This document shows, one piece after another, positions 19,557-29,069 of a stretch of 64,000 bases of DNA (its first letter is position 1; every line of letters starts with the position of its first letter). Location: positions 53,326 through 117,325 of IMG/VR virus record IMGVR_UViG_3300037067_009128; one strand, written 5' to 3'. The notes beneath the pieces are model-generated. The model saw only the letters and a program-made list of their open reading frames with translations, did not search any database and had not been told where the DNA came from. Position numbers and translations under genes: made by a program. The stretch is from a virus. Taxonomy: Duplodnaviria > Caudoviricetes.

Positions 19557-19869
19557 AACTTAAAAAAGGAGTGATTATGTACAATTATATTTATTCTCAT
19601 ATTCGCTATAATGCAATTATATCTATTATTGCTGATAATAAAAAAATAGCAGATGCTATTTTTAAAGAAATTGTTGGTAAAAATAAAAATTTTTGGGATT
19701 TTATAGAAAGGATAAAAAACTAAATGGAACCGAAAGTAAAAATTGTAATATTTGATGATGAAAGTTTTAAAGTCTGTTCAGAACTTCAAGCTAAAGAATA
19801 CGAAAATAACCCAGAATGGCTTATGACTTTAGATTTAAACTGGATTAATGAATTAGCAAAGGAAGTAAA

Positions 19870-20697
19870 ATGAGAATATATCAAACACTTTATGAATGTA
19901 CTTCTGAAACAGAGAGGAATCTTTGGGAAATGGGTATTGACGTACCCATCAAAACAATGCAAAATAAAAAAGTTGAAGGTGATCCAAATTTGGGGATGAC
20001 TAAAGAGATTATGGGTGAGACTTATAAAATAATAGATCCTTTAAATATTGAAGGAATCATTAAAGCATATAATCATATGTTTAAATTTGATTCAAAAAAT
20101 TTAAAAATTAGTGAAGAAGTAAATAAAAACTTACATTGGGTTCAAGAAGAATTTAAAGAAAGAATTTTTAATCCTAGTAAAGGTAATTGTGATTTTATTA
20201 ATCCTGGGGAAGCTTGGGAAATCAGAAAAGAAACTTGGGAACCATTTTTAGTAAATGGTAAATTTGAGTATACTTATAATGAAAGATTGCGTGCATTTAA
20301 TCAATTACAAAAAGTAATTAATCATTTAAAATCTGATATCAATTCAAGAAGAGCAGTAATTAATATATATATAGGTCCACCATTTTCAGGTTATTTTAAT
20401 GATGAGGATGGTATTTGTGATGGTTATGAACCAGGAGATCTACAAGGACTTAAAGATATTAAAAGAGTTCCATGTTCAGTTACTTATTCATTTTTATATA
20501 GAGAAAATAAGTTACATACATTTTACCATATGAGAAGTTCTGATTTTTATTTACATTGGATTAACGATATGCATCTTGCAGCAAAATTCGGTAAGTATGT
20601 TGCAGATGAATTGAAAGTTGATTCAGGTGAATTGATAGTTTATATCAATTCATTACATGCATATTACGGTGAACTTAAAAAAAGAAAGATATTTTAA
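19870..20697 (+). CDS. Thymidylate-synthase-fold dCMP-modifying enzyme (dCMP hydroxymethylase-like)
   Basis: NSRRAV, RVPCS, MRSSDFYLHWIND (ND as in T4 gp42), NSLHAY. Confidence 0.85.
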   Translation: MRIYQTLYECTSETERNLWEMGIDVPIKTMQNKKVEGDPNLGMTKEIMGETYKIIDPLNIEGIIKAYNHMFKFDSKNLKISEEVNKNLHWVQEEFKERIFNPSKGNCDFINPGEAWEIRKETWEPFLVNGKFEYTYNERLRAFNQLQKVINHLKSDINSRRAVINIYIGPPFSGYFNDEDGICDGYEPGDLQGLKDIKRVPCSVTYSFLYRENKLHTFYHMRSSDFYLHWINDMHLAAKFGKYVADELKVDSGELIVYINSLHAYYGELKKRKIF

Positions 20698-20745
20698 AAA
20701 CTTTACTTATGATGGAGTTGATTATATTGATTGTAATTAAAAAGA

Positions 20746-21126
20746 ATGAGTATAATTAATGAGACCATTAAAGTAAAGTTTTATTTTAAATTTGAGAGGT
20801 ATAAAATGGTATTACATTCAATTAGAGAATTTGATGCATTTGGTATAACTAAAGAAGAATTATTTAAAAAATTACTTGCTGAAAATAATATACCTAAAGA
20901 TAAAATACAAATAGATTATGCTATACCTCAAGGATTATTTAATGTTTTCAATAAAATTGATAATGATAATTGTTCATGTTTTGTATATGTATATGGTAAT
21001 GGATTTGAAACTGTATTACCTTTAACTATTGAAGCATTATATACTTTAATTGAGTATGATAGAATTTCAGACACACAATATATTAAATATGGATTGAAAC
21101 CATTTTTTGAATTAGGAAAAATTTGA
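20746..21126 (+). CDS. Hypothetical protein
   Basis: ORF; start uncertain. Confidence 0.6.
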   Translation: MSIINETIKVKFYFKFERYKMVLHSIREFDAFGITKEELFKKLLAENNIPKDKIQIDYAIPQGLFNVFNKIDNDNCSCFVYVYGNGFETVLPLTIEALYTLIEYDRISDTQYIKYGLKPFFELGKI

Positions 21127-21338
21127 GTGAGTTGATTCCGTAAGTCCTTTATAAGGGTTATTCTCTTGAATTAAATATTAGACGTAATATTTTTCAATTG
21201 ATAATTACAGTAGGCAGAATTGACAAACTCTTTCAACAAGAGGTAGACTTGATATCTTTGGATTTCAATATCAAGAGCTCGTTCAAAGAGGAAGTTTATC
21301 TCTTGTTTTTAATTTTATTAAAAAGGAGAATTAATTCA

Positions 21339-21605
21339 ATGACATTAGTAGAAATGGAATCAAGAGTTAAAAAAATAAAAGAACTTCAAGTAACATTAGA
21401 AAGACTTAATTTTTTAAGTAAAATTGAATATTTTCAAGGTATTGATTATTACATAACTCAATCTAATTCAAAAGATATTTTAGAACAACATCGATTATAC
21501 GATTCTAAATTATTAAAAGAGTTGATTAATTTAGATTTACTCAAGTGTATGACTTTGAAAAAGATAAAAGAAGTAGAGGAAGAAATTAAACAATTAGAAG
21601 CATGA
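21339..21605 (+). CDS. Hypothetical protein
   Basis: AAGGAG upstream of ATG 21339 (track start 21198 lies in a structured leader). Confidence 0.65.
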   Translation: MTLVEMESRVKKIKELQVTLERLNFLSKIEYFQGIDYYITQSNSKDILEQHRLYDSKLLKELINLDLLKCMTLKKIKEVEEEIKQLEA

Positions 21606-21988
21606 AAACTTATCCAATTCAAATATTAAGGAAAGCATTCTTTCAATTAGTTGATAATAATAAATTTGTACATTTTACTTTATTTAATGCTAAACGAGGT
21701 AAACCTTTTAAAGTAAAAGCAAAGATTTCAAATTTATATGCTTCAAATCAAGGATTAAGTATTCATTTTAGTAATGTTTATGTCAATAGAAAAAGATTTT
21801 TTAATATTTATCCATTAGTTAAAGATATTAGATGGAAAGAAACTCCATTTAATGAAGAAGTCTTACAACAAATATGTGAATATATTAAAATTAAGAATTT
21901 AACATCAAGTTCTGATAAGAGGCTAGCAGGATCCTTGTCTGAAACTGCGTCACAACTGAATAGATCAGACTTAGAACTTGATATTTAA
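21602..21988 (+). CDS. Hypothetical protein
   Basis: ATGA overlap. Confidence 0.65.
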   Translation: MKTYPIQILRKAFFQLVDNNKFVHFTLFNAKRGKPFKVKAKISNLYASNQGLSIHFSNVYVNRKRFFNIYPLVKDIRWKETPFNEEVLQQICEYIKIKNLTSSSDKRLAGSLSETASQLNRSDLELDI

Positions 21989-21999
21989 AAAGATGAATT

Positions 22000-22182
22000 A
22001 TGAAAGAAAAGAAAAAGTATTGTGTTTGTATGAATGGTCAAAATTATTATAGATATGCAACATCACCAAGTCAAGCTTTAAGATTATTTAATCAATTTTT
22101 TATGAAGAAATTTGGTAAAAGTAATATTACTGATATGTCAGTTGAATACAAACCAAGAGAATGGTCTAGAGTTGCATTTTAA
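22000..22182 (+). CDS. Hypothetical protein
   Basis: Short ORF in operon. Confidence 0.5.
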   Translation: MKEKKKYCVCMNGQNYYRYATSPSQALRLFNQFFMKKFGKSNITDMSVEYKPREWSRVAF

Positions 22183-22274
22183 TATAAATATATCCGAATA
22201 AAAGATGTATTATATTTAATCAATCAAAAAAATAATTGAAAATAAAGTTACCATTTACTTTATTCCTTGCAAAG

Positions 22275-22308
22275 AAGGCCCTAGAATTGTAAAATTTTGG
22301 GGTCTTTT
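22275..22308 (+). terminator. Intrinsic terminator
   Basis: AAGGCCCTAGAATT-gtaa-AATTTTGGGGTCTT stem with G-U pairs, then TT. Confidence 0.65.
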
Positions 22309-22383
22309 AGTGTTTATCGAAAATCAAAAGATGTATTAAATTTATTGTATCAATTTTAATAAAAATTAAATAAAAGGAATAAA

Positions 22384-22689
22384 ATGCCAAAAAAAGAATT
22401 TAATCCAGAAGATGTAAAAAAGATTTTAGAAACTCAGAATTTGAGTATTTCTGATGGCAATGCAATCAAATCAACACTTTTGAAGTTTAAAGATAAAGAA
22501 TATCTTGAGATTAGAAAGTTTTATATGGATAACTCTGGTAGATTTTTACCTTCAAAAGGAGTTTGGATTCCTATTGAAACTGAGTATTCAAATATTGATG
22601 AAATTTTATTAGAGAGTATTAAGATACTTCCTAAAAAATATGTTGATAGTATTATTGAAGGATTAAAAATCTTTTCACAAGGAAAATAA
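22384..22689 (+). CDS. PC4/YdbC-family ssDNA-binding protein
   Basis: KFKDKEYLEIRKFYMD..G.FLPSKGVWIP matches the PC4 signature. Confidence 0.8.
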   Translation: MPKKEFNPEDVKKILETQNLSISDGNAIKSTLLKFKDKEYLEIRKFYMDNSGRFLPSKGVWIPIETEYSNIDEILLESIKILPKKYVDSIIEGLKIFSQGK

Positions 22690-22695
22690 ACTATT

Positions 22696-23106
22696 ATGAG
22701 AATGGGTTTTACAGGTACTCAAAAAGGAATGACACCTAATCAATTATATATTCTTGATAAGATTATTAAAGAAAAGAATCCATATGAAGTACATCATGGT
22801 GATTGTGTTGGAGCTGATACAGAATTTCATCAAATGTGTAAAGCTTTTGGTTCAATTATTATAATACATCCTCCAGATATTTCAACAAAAAGAAGTAATT
22901 GTGAAGGAGATAAAATCTTACCGGTTAAACCTTATTTGGATAGAAATAAGGATATCGTTAATAGTTGTGATTTGTTGATAGTTTGTCCAAAAACTAGATT
23001 TGAAGAAATAAGATCTGGAACTTGGTCAACTAAACGGTATGCACAAAAAAGAGGTGTTAAATTTATTATAATTTACTCTGATGGTTTAATATTTAATGGA
23101 GAATAA
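22696..23106 (+). CDS. SLOG superfamily (DprA/YspA-like) nucleotide-binding protein
   Basis: GFTGT, HHGDCVGAD, RNKDIV, RSGTWST. Confidence 0.8.
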   Translation: MRMGFTGTQKGMTPNQLYILDKIIKEKNPYEVHHGDCVGADTEFHQMCKAFGSIIIIHPPDISTKRSNCEGDKILPVKPYLDRNKDIVNSCDLLIVCPKTRFEEIRSGTWSTKRYAQKRGVKFIIIYSDGLIFNGE

Positions 23107-23109
23107 AAA

Positions 23110-23430
23110 TTGGAACAATCATTAAAAAATATATTAGCATTCATTCTTATGACATTATATACAACTGATGATTGGAATGAAATCTATGAATCATTAGATG
23201 ATTGTGAAGAAGAATTAATATCTGATTTGCAAATTTATTGCTCTTCAAAAGGGATTGGGACAATAGATTCAGATGATGATGAACTTATAAGACTTTTAAT
23301 TGAAAAATTTGAAAAGTACATTTTATTCTGTCATGATTCCTCAACAACAGAAAAACTTATTTCCGGGGCAGAAACTTTAGATAGTTTATATATTCAATGG
23401 TTAAAGTCAGAAAATAAAATAAAGGAATAA
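23110..23430 (+). CDS. Hypothetical acidic protein
   Basis: ORF in operon. Confidence 0.6.
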   Translation: MEQSLKNILAFILMTLYTTDDWNEIYESLDDCEEELISDLQIYCSSKGIGTIDSDDDELIRLLIEKFEKYILFCHDSSTTEKLISGAETLDSLYIQWLKSENKIKE

Positions 23431-23433
23431 ACT

Positions 23434-24138
23434 TTGATACCAAAAGAAGTTGAAGAAAAATTAAAAAAGTTATTAACATTTAAAGAAGATGCTGAAAAAA
23501 GGGATTCTCAGGCAGAACTTGAAAATGTTACTGCAAGGATTCAAGAAGTTCTGTTTAAATATAATATAGAACTTAGTAGTTTGAATTTTAAAGAAGAACC
23601 TCAGATAAATCAATATACAATGAAGTTTGATATTTCAAAGACTGAAGGTTTGTGGGTTTATAAATTAAGTCATGTGATTGCTGAACATAATCTTTGTTCT
23701 TCAATAAGTAATAGTCAATATCATTTAGTTTATATTATAGGTAAACCTGTTAATGTTGAGATAGTTCAGTATACAATAGAAAGTTTAATATCAAGAATTA
23801 AAATCATGAGTAAAATTGCTTATAAAGAGTATATAGGTCCTGAAAAGAAAAATGCTTTTTTAAGAGGATATTATATGGGAGTTGTTGTTGGTATTAAATG
23901 CAAATTAGATACAGAATTTGAAAAGTTAAAGAAAGATTCTCAAATCAATGCTTTAGTATTAAGTAATAAAGATGCTATTAAAGTTTATGAGAATAAAATG
24001 TACCCAGATGCAAAAGTAAAAAAATTAAGAGAATTATCAGCAGAAGATGGATTTTACAAAGGTGTTATAGACGGTAATAATATTTCTATAAATAAAGGAT
24101 TAAACTCTAACAATTTAGGACAAAAGTTAATAAAATGA
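23434..24138 (+). CDS. DUF2786-like protein
   Basis: EKLKKLL...E...A.IQEVLFKYNI N-terminus; AFLRGY and GFYKG motifs. Confidence 0.7.
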   Translation: MIPKEVEEKLKKLLTFKEDAEKRDSQAELENVTARIQEVLFKYNIELSSLNFKEEPQINQYTMKFDISKTEGLWVYKLSHVIAEHNLCSSISNSQYHLVYIIGKPVNVEIVQYTIESLISRIKIMSKIAYKEYIGPEKKNAFLRGYYMGVVVGIKCKLDTEFEKLKKDSQINALVLSNKDAIKVYENKMYPDAKVKKLRELSAEDGFYKGVIDGNNISINKGLNSNNLGQKLIK

Positions 24139-24241
24139 CAAATCAAAAAATAATACAAGAAGTATTAAAGAGAATTGGATATCAAGAAGTCAAGATCTTC
24201 AAAATTGTATTTTTAAAGGAGTAGATCTTGATGGTAATATT

Positions 24242-24490
24242 ATGAAAATAGTTCAGGGACTTCCATATATAATACCATATGAAACTTTAATATTTTCACA
24301 TTGGGTTTGTAAAGCTTTATTTGGTGAAAAATTAATAGCTACTAGATTAAGAAGAGTTGATGATTTTAAAGTAAATTCAAAAGAGATAGAATTGCCTGCT
24401 TGGCAATATCATATTCAAAGATTAGCTTTAGAAAGTGATCGTTTAAGTTATCTTGAGAAGTTTTTAAATGGAACATTAATATTAAGATAA
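24242..24490 (+). CDS. Hypothetical phage protein
   Basis: IFSHWVCKALFGE...AWQYHIQRLA. Confidence 0.6.
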   Translation: MKIVQGLPYIIPYETLIFSHWVCKALFGEKLIATRLRRVDDFKVNSKEIELPAWQYHIQRLALESDRLSYLEKFLNGTLILR

Positions 24491-24494
24491 TGAA

Positions 24495-24749
24495 ATGAAT
24501 TATAAATTAAAAAAAGATGTTTTATCTGTTATTAATAGTATATATCGTATGAATGCACCTAATGCAATAGGTTATAGATTTTTCCCGAATGAAGAAGAAG
24601 ATAAAATAGCTGTAGGTATGTTTATCCATGATTTACGTGAACTATCTGGTTTGGAAGATGGATATTATGTTCCATTTGCATATAACAATGGTATATTTAA
24701 AAGTATTAAACTTTCTAAAAGAAATTTAAATAAACTATTAAAGAAATGA
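24495..24749 (+). CDS. Hypothetical protein
   Basis: ORF in operon. Confidence 0.55.
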   Translation: MNYKLKKDVLSVINSIYRMNAPNAIGYRFFPNEEEDKIAVGMFIHDLRELSGLEDGYYVPFAYNNGIFKSIKLSKRNLNKLLKK

Positions 24750-25060
24750 TATTGATTTATTTTAATTTAATAATTTCATTGAATGTGATTCAATATAAAT
24801 TGATTGAATTTCAAAACCTAAAGGTGAATGATTCAATTCAGATTCAATCATATGATATTGTAGATTTTAATTCAAATAAAATTTCAATATCAAAACTCCA
24901 AGATTGTGATGATCTTTATCAAGTGTGGATTACATACAATAAAGAGAGATATCTATTTATTTTGTTAGTTGAAAATGATACTTTACTTAATATTCAAAAA
25001 TACAAGGTGATTGATGAAAACAATAAAAACAACAAAAAGAAGAAAATTAAACCATCTTAA
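24746..25060 (+). CDS. Hypothetical protein
   Basis: ATGA overlap. Confidence 0.5.
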   Translation: MILIYFNLIISLNVIQYKLIEFQNLKVNDSIQIQSYDIVDFNSNKISISKLQDCDDLYQVWITYNKERYLFILLVENDTLLNIQKYKVIDENNKNNKKKKIKPS

Positions 25061-25250
25061 TTTAGATGATTTAACATTATTAAAAAAGCAATTAGAATCT
25101 AAACGTCAAAAAGATTCTAAGGTTTACAAACATATTAAGAGAAAGATTCTTAATATTAAAGATGCAGAATTGAAGGCATCAATTCCATTGGGTTCACAAG
25201 ATAAAAAGAAAAAATGTAGGCCTAAAAAGAAAGTCACTGCAGTAAAATAA
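25011..25250 (+). CDS. Basic hypothetical protein
   Basis: Lys-rich ORF; AAGGT upstream. Confidence 0.55.
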   Translation: MMKTIKTTKRRKLNHLNLDDLTLLKKQLESKRQKDSKVYKHIKRKILNIKDAELKASIPLGSQDKKKKCRPKKKVTAVK

Positions 25251-25408
25251 TTTAATGCTGACATATATTTGTATTGTTGTTTTGCAATTTTATTAAAGAT
25301 AAAATAATAAAATTATGAATCTAAAATAAGGAGACTTGGATGATATTAAACTAATTCAAACATACCCAAATTACATTTTCTCCCCAATTCAAAGAATCGT
25401 TTTCCTAA

Positions 25409-25446
25409 AGGCTCTAATAATTATCCCACAGTTAGAGCCTCCTTTT
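25409..25446 (+). terminator. Hairpin, possible terminator
   Basis: AGGCTCTAA...TTAGAGCCT. Confidence 0.5.
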
Positions 25447-25544
25447 ATACTTCAATGTTATAAAGATGAATTAAATTTATAATACAATAAAAATTTTATA
25501 AATTAAAATTATAATAAAATGCCTAAACAAGAAATGGAGATAAA

Positions 25545-25733
25545 ATGAGTGATAAAATTATTGAGGAAAAACCTTTAGAATATGTTTGCTTAAAAGATGA
25601 TCCAAGAAAAACACCATTAAATCAATGTATGTCTATGGGTGATCTTATGGCAACAATACAAGTATGTAAAGAATTAGATAAAAAAGATGAAGAATTAAAT
25701 AAAGATGAAGAATTAAGAAAAGAAAAAATATGA
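25545..25733 (+). CDS. Hypothetical protein
   Basis: GGAG RBS. Confidence 0.55.
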   Translation: MSDKIIEEKPLEYVCLKDDPRKTPLNQCMSMGDLMATIQVCKELDKKDEELNKDEELRKEKI

Positions 25734-26269
25734 AAGTTTATGAAATTCTAAAAAGAAATGATTTTGAAAAAATTAAAGTGATTTTTAATAGTAATCCAGT
25801 GAATTATTTATATCGTTGTTTAATTACTGGGGATGAAGAAGAGTACCAACTTGAAGATGAGTTTAATAATTCTAAGGAAGAATTAAGTGAAAAATATTAT
25901 AACTTATCAAATGAAGTTATTAGTTTGTTATTTGATTTTTATCATGCTCTATTAGATGATAATATCAGAGATTCAATAAATTTAAAAGATAAATTAATAG
26001 AAAGTTTAAAACCATCAATTTCTGAATTACAATTTAGTATTCAACATTATGATTTTTGGGAATTATTAGTTACAAATGGTGATTATAAAGAAGTTTGGAA
26101 TTTATTTAATGAAGATTCAATAAATTCCGAAGAAATTACAATGTTTTGTATAGAATATTGTGAAGATCACGGTTTACTAAATTCTTGTATGAGTCTTTCA
26201 GATATTGAGTATATAAGATATGATAAGAAATTAGCAATAGATAAATTAAAAACACTTTTAGGAATTTAA
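25730..26269 (+). CDS. Hypothetical acidic protein
   Basis: ATGA overlap. Confidence 0.65.
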   Translation: MKVYEILKRNDFEKIKVIFNSNPVNYLYRCLITGDEEEYQLEDEFNNSKEELSEKYYNLSNEVISLLFDFYHALLDDNIRDSINLKDKLIESLKPSISELQFSIQHYDFWELLVTNGDYKEVWNLFNEDSINSEEITMFCIEYCEDHGLLNSCMSLSDIEYIRYDKKLAIDKLKTLLGI

Positions 26270-26293
26270 AATACCTAATAAGAAAAGGAAAAA

Positions 26294-26530
26294 ATGAAAA
26301 CATTTACCCAAGAACAAGTATTAGATCTGTTAATTAATTTTGATCAGTCTATGGATCCAAAGTATTATCCAGGTTGTGAAAATTTAACGTCTGATGATTT
26401 TCTTGATGCTGCTTACTCAAATGCTAAAAGACTTGGATTATTAAAAGAATTTGAAGAATTAAGAGAACAAAGAATAAATAAAAATGTTGTTAAATATGGT
26501 CCATTAATAAAAAACTCAAAAAGATATTGA
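26294..26530 (+). CDS. Hypothetical protein
   Basis: AAGGA RBS. Confidence 0.6.
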   Translation: MKTFTQEQVLDLLINFDQSMDPKYYPGCENLTSDDFLDAAYSNAKRLGLLKEFEELREQRINKNVVKYGPLIKNSKRY

Positions 26531-26590
26531 AGATATAAATAAAGTATTCCCACAAGATTAAAAAAGTAAAATATAAAAAAAGGAGTTCAA

Positions 26591-27220
26591 ATGAAAAATA
26601 AAGATATAATAGTTGTTGACAAGATTAAAAACAACATTAATATATTTGAGAATACTTCTGATCTAAGAGATTTTCTTTTAGAAGAATATGAGATCGACAA
26701 TATATTTGATAGTGATTTAAGTAAATATATCAAACAAATAGAAGAAGATCTTTCATTTTATTTATCTTGTGGTAAACTTCAACTGGAATTTGATATATCT
26801 GAAATTGAAGGACACAGTTCTGAATTTGATCATTTTATCGGTATTAATGAAGTTCTTGATGCTATTGAAGAACAATGTGAAAAATTCGTTCTTAAAGAAG
26901 AATTATTCAAAAGATCTAATCTTAGAGGATTTATTATAAATGAAACTGCTATGATTCCTTTAAGATTAAATATAAACGAGATCATCATAAATATTGATAA
27001 TGTATATATGTATTTTGATGAAAATATTATAAGTAACACAGCAATTTTTGGTAATGATACTCTTAATAAATTAAAACAATTATCTTTTTTAATTAAAAAA
27101 TTAAATGGGAATGTTACTGAGTTTTATCTTTTATCATTAGATAATATTGAAGAGAATCTTTGGTTAAATTTTGAAAGTCAATGGGAAAGATTAAGTGAAT
27201 ATCAGGCAAGATTTATATGA
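26591..27220 (+). CDS. Hypothetical acidic protein
   Basis: AAGGAG RBS. Confidence 0.7.
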   Translation: MKNKDIIVVDKIKNNINIFENTSDLRDFLLEEYEIDNIFDSDLSKYIKQIEEDLSFYLSCGKLQLEFDISEIEGHSSEFDHFIGINEVLDAIEEQCEKFVLKEELFKRSNLRGFIINETAMIPLRLNINEIIINIDNVYMYFDENIISNTAIFGNDTLNKLKQLSFLIKKLNGNVTEFYLLSLDNIEENLWLNFESQWERLSEYQARFI

Positions 27221-27489
27221 AAACTATTAAATTAATAATAATCTTTATTATGTTTATGTTTATTAGTTGTAATGATTCAATAGTTGAACCAGTTATTGAG
27301 AATCCAGATATAAACATAGAACAATATGGACATGACAAGATTCAATATTATTTTAGATATAAAAACCAAAGTTTAACTCAATTAATCATTGTTGGTCCTA
27401 GTATGGAGTATTGTATTCAAAAGATGAAATATATTAAATTAAATACGGATGAATGGAAATTGAGTTTCACTATTCCCCCAGAGAATTAA
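27217..27489 (+). CDS. Putative lipoprotein
   Basis: MKTIKLIIIFIMFMFIS-C signal peptide and lipobox. Confidence 0.65.
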   Translation: MKTIKLIIIFIMFMFISCNDSIVEPVIENPDINIEQYGHDKIQYYFRYKNQSLTQLIIVGPSMEYCIQKMKYIKLNTDEWKLSFTIPPEN

Positions 27490-27490
27490 A

Positions 27491-27877
27491 ATGTTAAAAG
27501 AGTATTTAAATCATTTCGATCTTCCAACTGAGTTAATAAATAATATTATTTGGTTTGTAGAATCATATCAAGATTATGAAGATCCAATTAATGCAAAGAA
27601 TAGTTGTATTGAAGCTTGTGAAAATTTTAGAACTTTTAAAGATCATGATCTGTATCAAGATGATATAATATTCTCAGAAAATCTTAATATGACAGATTTA
27701 TATATACAAGGGATTTATAATATAGAAAAAGTGGATTGGCCTAATCAAGATATTAACCATACAGTTATTAAATATAAAGATGTGTTTATAGATTTTACTG
27801 CTAAACAGTATAATTCAGAATTGGGTTATCCATTTGTGTTTAAACTAAGTGATTGGAATAAAAATGACAAAGATTAA
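27491..27877 (+). CDS. Papain-fold-like Cys-His-Asp protein (paralog A)
   Basis: NSCIEAC...NHTVIKYKDVFIDFTAKQY. Confidence 0.55.
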   Translation: MLKEYLNHFDLPTELINNIIWFVESYQDYEDPINAKNSCIEACENFRTFKDHDLYQDDIIFSENLNMTDLYIQGIYNIEKVDWPNQDINHTVIKYKDVFIDFTAKQYNSELGYPFVFKLSDWNKNDKD

Positions 27878-28193
27878 AAATAGATTAAGTTTTAAAATAC
27901 AAAAAAGACAAAAATGGGATATATTAAAATCATGTGATATAAAACTTGATGGGAAAGATATAGGATATATTAATGAAATAGGAGGTTTACTTGTAAAAGA
28001 AGATAACCCAAATATTGGGAAATTTTATATTATGTTAAGAATTCATAAAGAATCTACAAAAGAAAACCCATCTAAATGGAAATATATTTATTTAAAAGCT
28101 AAATTTGAGACTATTTCTGATGCACAACAATTTATGATAAATAAAAAAGATGAATTATTAAATAAATTTAATTTTTATAAATTAAAAGACTAA
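27849..28193 (+). CDS. Hypothetical protein
   Basis: ORF in operon. Confidence 0.6.
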   Translation: MIGIKMTKIKNRLSFKIQKRQKWDILKSCDIKLDGKDIGYINEIGGLLVKEDNPNIGKFYIMLRIHKESTKENPSKWKYIYLKAKFETISDAQQFMINKKDELLNKFNFYKLKD

Positions 28194-28198
28194 AAATT

Positions 28199-28720
28199 AT
28201 GGAATGTAACAACACATTATTAGTAATTAAATCAGTTATTGAAAAGTTAACATGTTTAACTGATTTAACAGTACCTTATGCTATACGTAAATTAGATAAA
28301 GTAATAGAATATATAAATAAAAATGTTCATATTGACAATGATCGAGGATTAATTCATTTATTAAAAGTTTCTGAAAAGTTAATTCTTGAATTAGATGAGA
28401 ATCTTATTAAAGATTTAGCATGGTTTATAGAAAGTTATCCTGAATATGGTGAAAAGTTTTTTGCTTTAAATGCTTGTGTATTAGCATGTAATGATTTTAA
28501 AGAAAACATACATCATACTAGCTATTCAATGAATATGGTTTTTGAATGTAATATTTATATGAATGATGATTTTATGGAAATTTATGGGATTGATGAAATT
28601 CCAAAATATTGTGCTTGGAATCATATTGTTGTTAAGTATAAAGATATCTATATAGACTTTACAGCTAAACAATATAATGAAGATTTACCTTTTCCTTTTA
28701 TATACAAATTTGAGGATTAA
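28199..28720 (+). CDS. Papain-fold-like Cys-His-Asp protein (paralog B)
   Basis: NACVLAC...NHIVVKYKDIYIDFTAKQY. Confidence 0.55.
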   Translation: MECNNTLLVIKSVIEKLTCLTDLTVPYAIRKLDKVIEYINKNVHIDNDRGLIHLLKVSEKLILELDENLIKDLAWFIESYPEYGEKFFALNACVLACNDFKENIHHTSYSMNMVFECNIYMNDDFMEIYGIDEIPKYCAWNHIVVKYKDIYIDFTAKQYNEDLPFPFIYKFED

Positions 28721-29069
28721 AATGGTTACTGACGAACAAAAGAAACATCCTTTAGAATTAGGTGATACTGGATTTCTTGATAGAATATGTCCAGAAGATA
28801 TAAATCAAGATTCTGAAGTAGATATAAAACCTAAAAATAAAAACAGATTTATAACTTGGTTAAAATATATTTTTAATATAACTGATTTGGTTGAAGATAT
28901 TGAAATTCCTAAAATTAATAACGTTTTTAAACATAAATGTCAAAGATGTGGATATGTATATCCAAGATTACCTAGTAAAAATGAATTCAGGTTTGATTGT
29001 GGTACTAAAGGTTGTTATTGGATGATATTTAGTGATGGTTCACAAACCTATGATTCTCCAGGAGAATAA
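28677..29069 (+). CDS. Hypothetical Zn-finger protein (likely start near 28722)
   Basis: CQRC...CGTKGC. Confidence 0.55.
   Translation: MKIYLFLLYTNLRIKMVTDEQKKHPLELGDTGFLDRICPEDINQDSEVDIKPKNKNRFITWLKYIFNITDLVEDIEIPKINNVFKHKCQRCGYVYPRLPSKNEFRFDCGTKGCYWMIFSDGSQTYDSPGE

Noticed and set aside
19870-20697. Annotation as ordinary thyA
   Set aside because: The specificity residue is Asp rather than Asn, and ThyX is already present.
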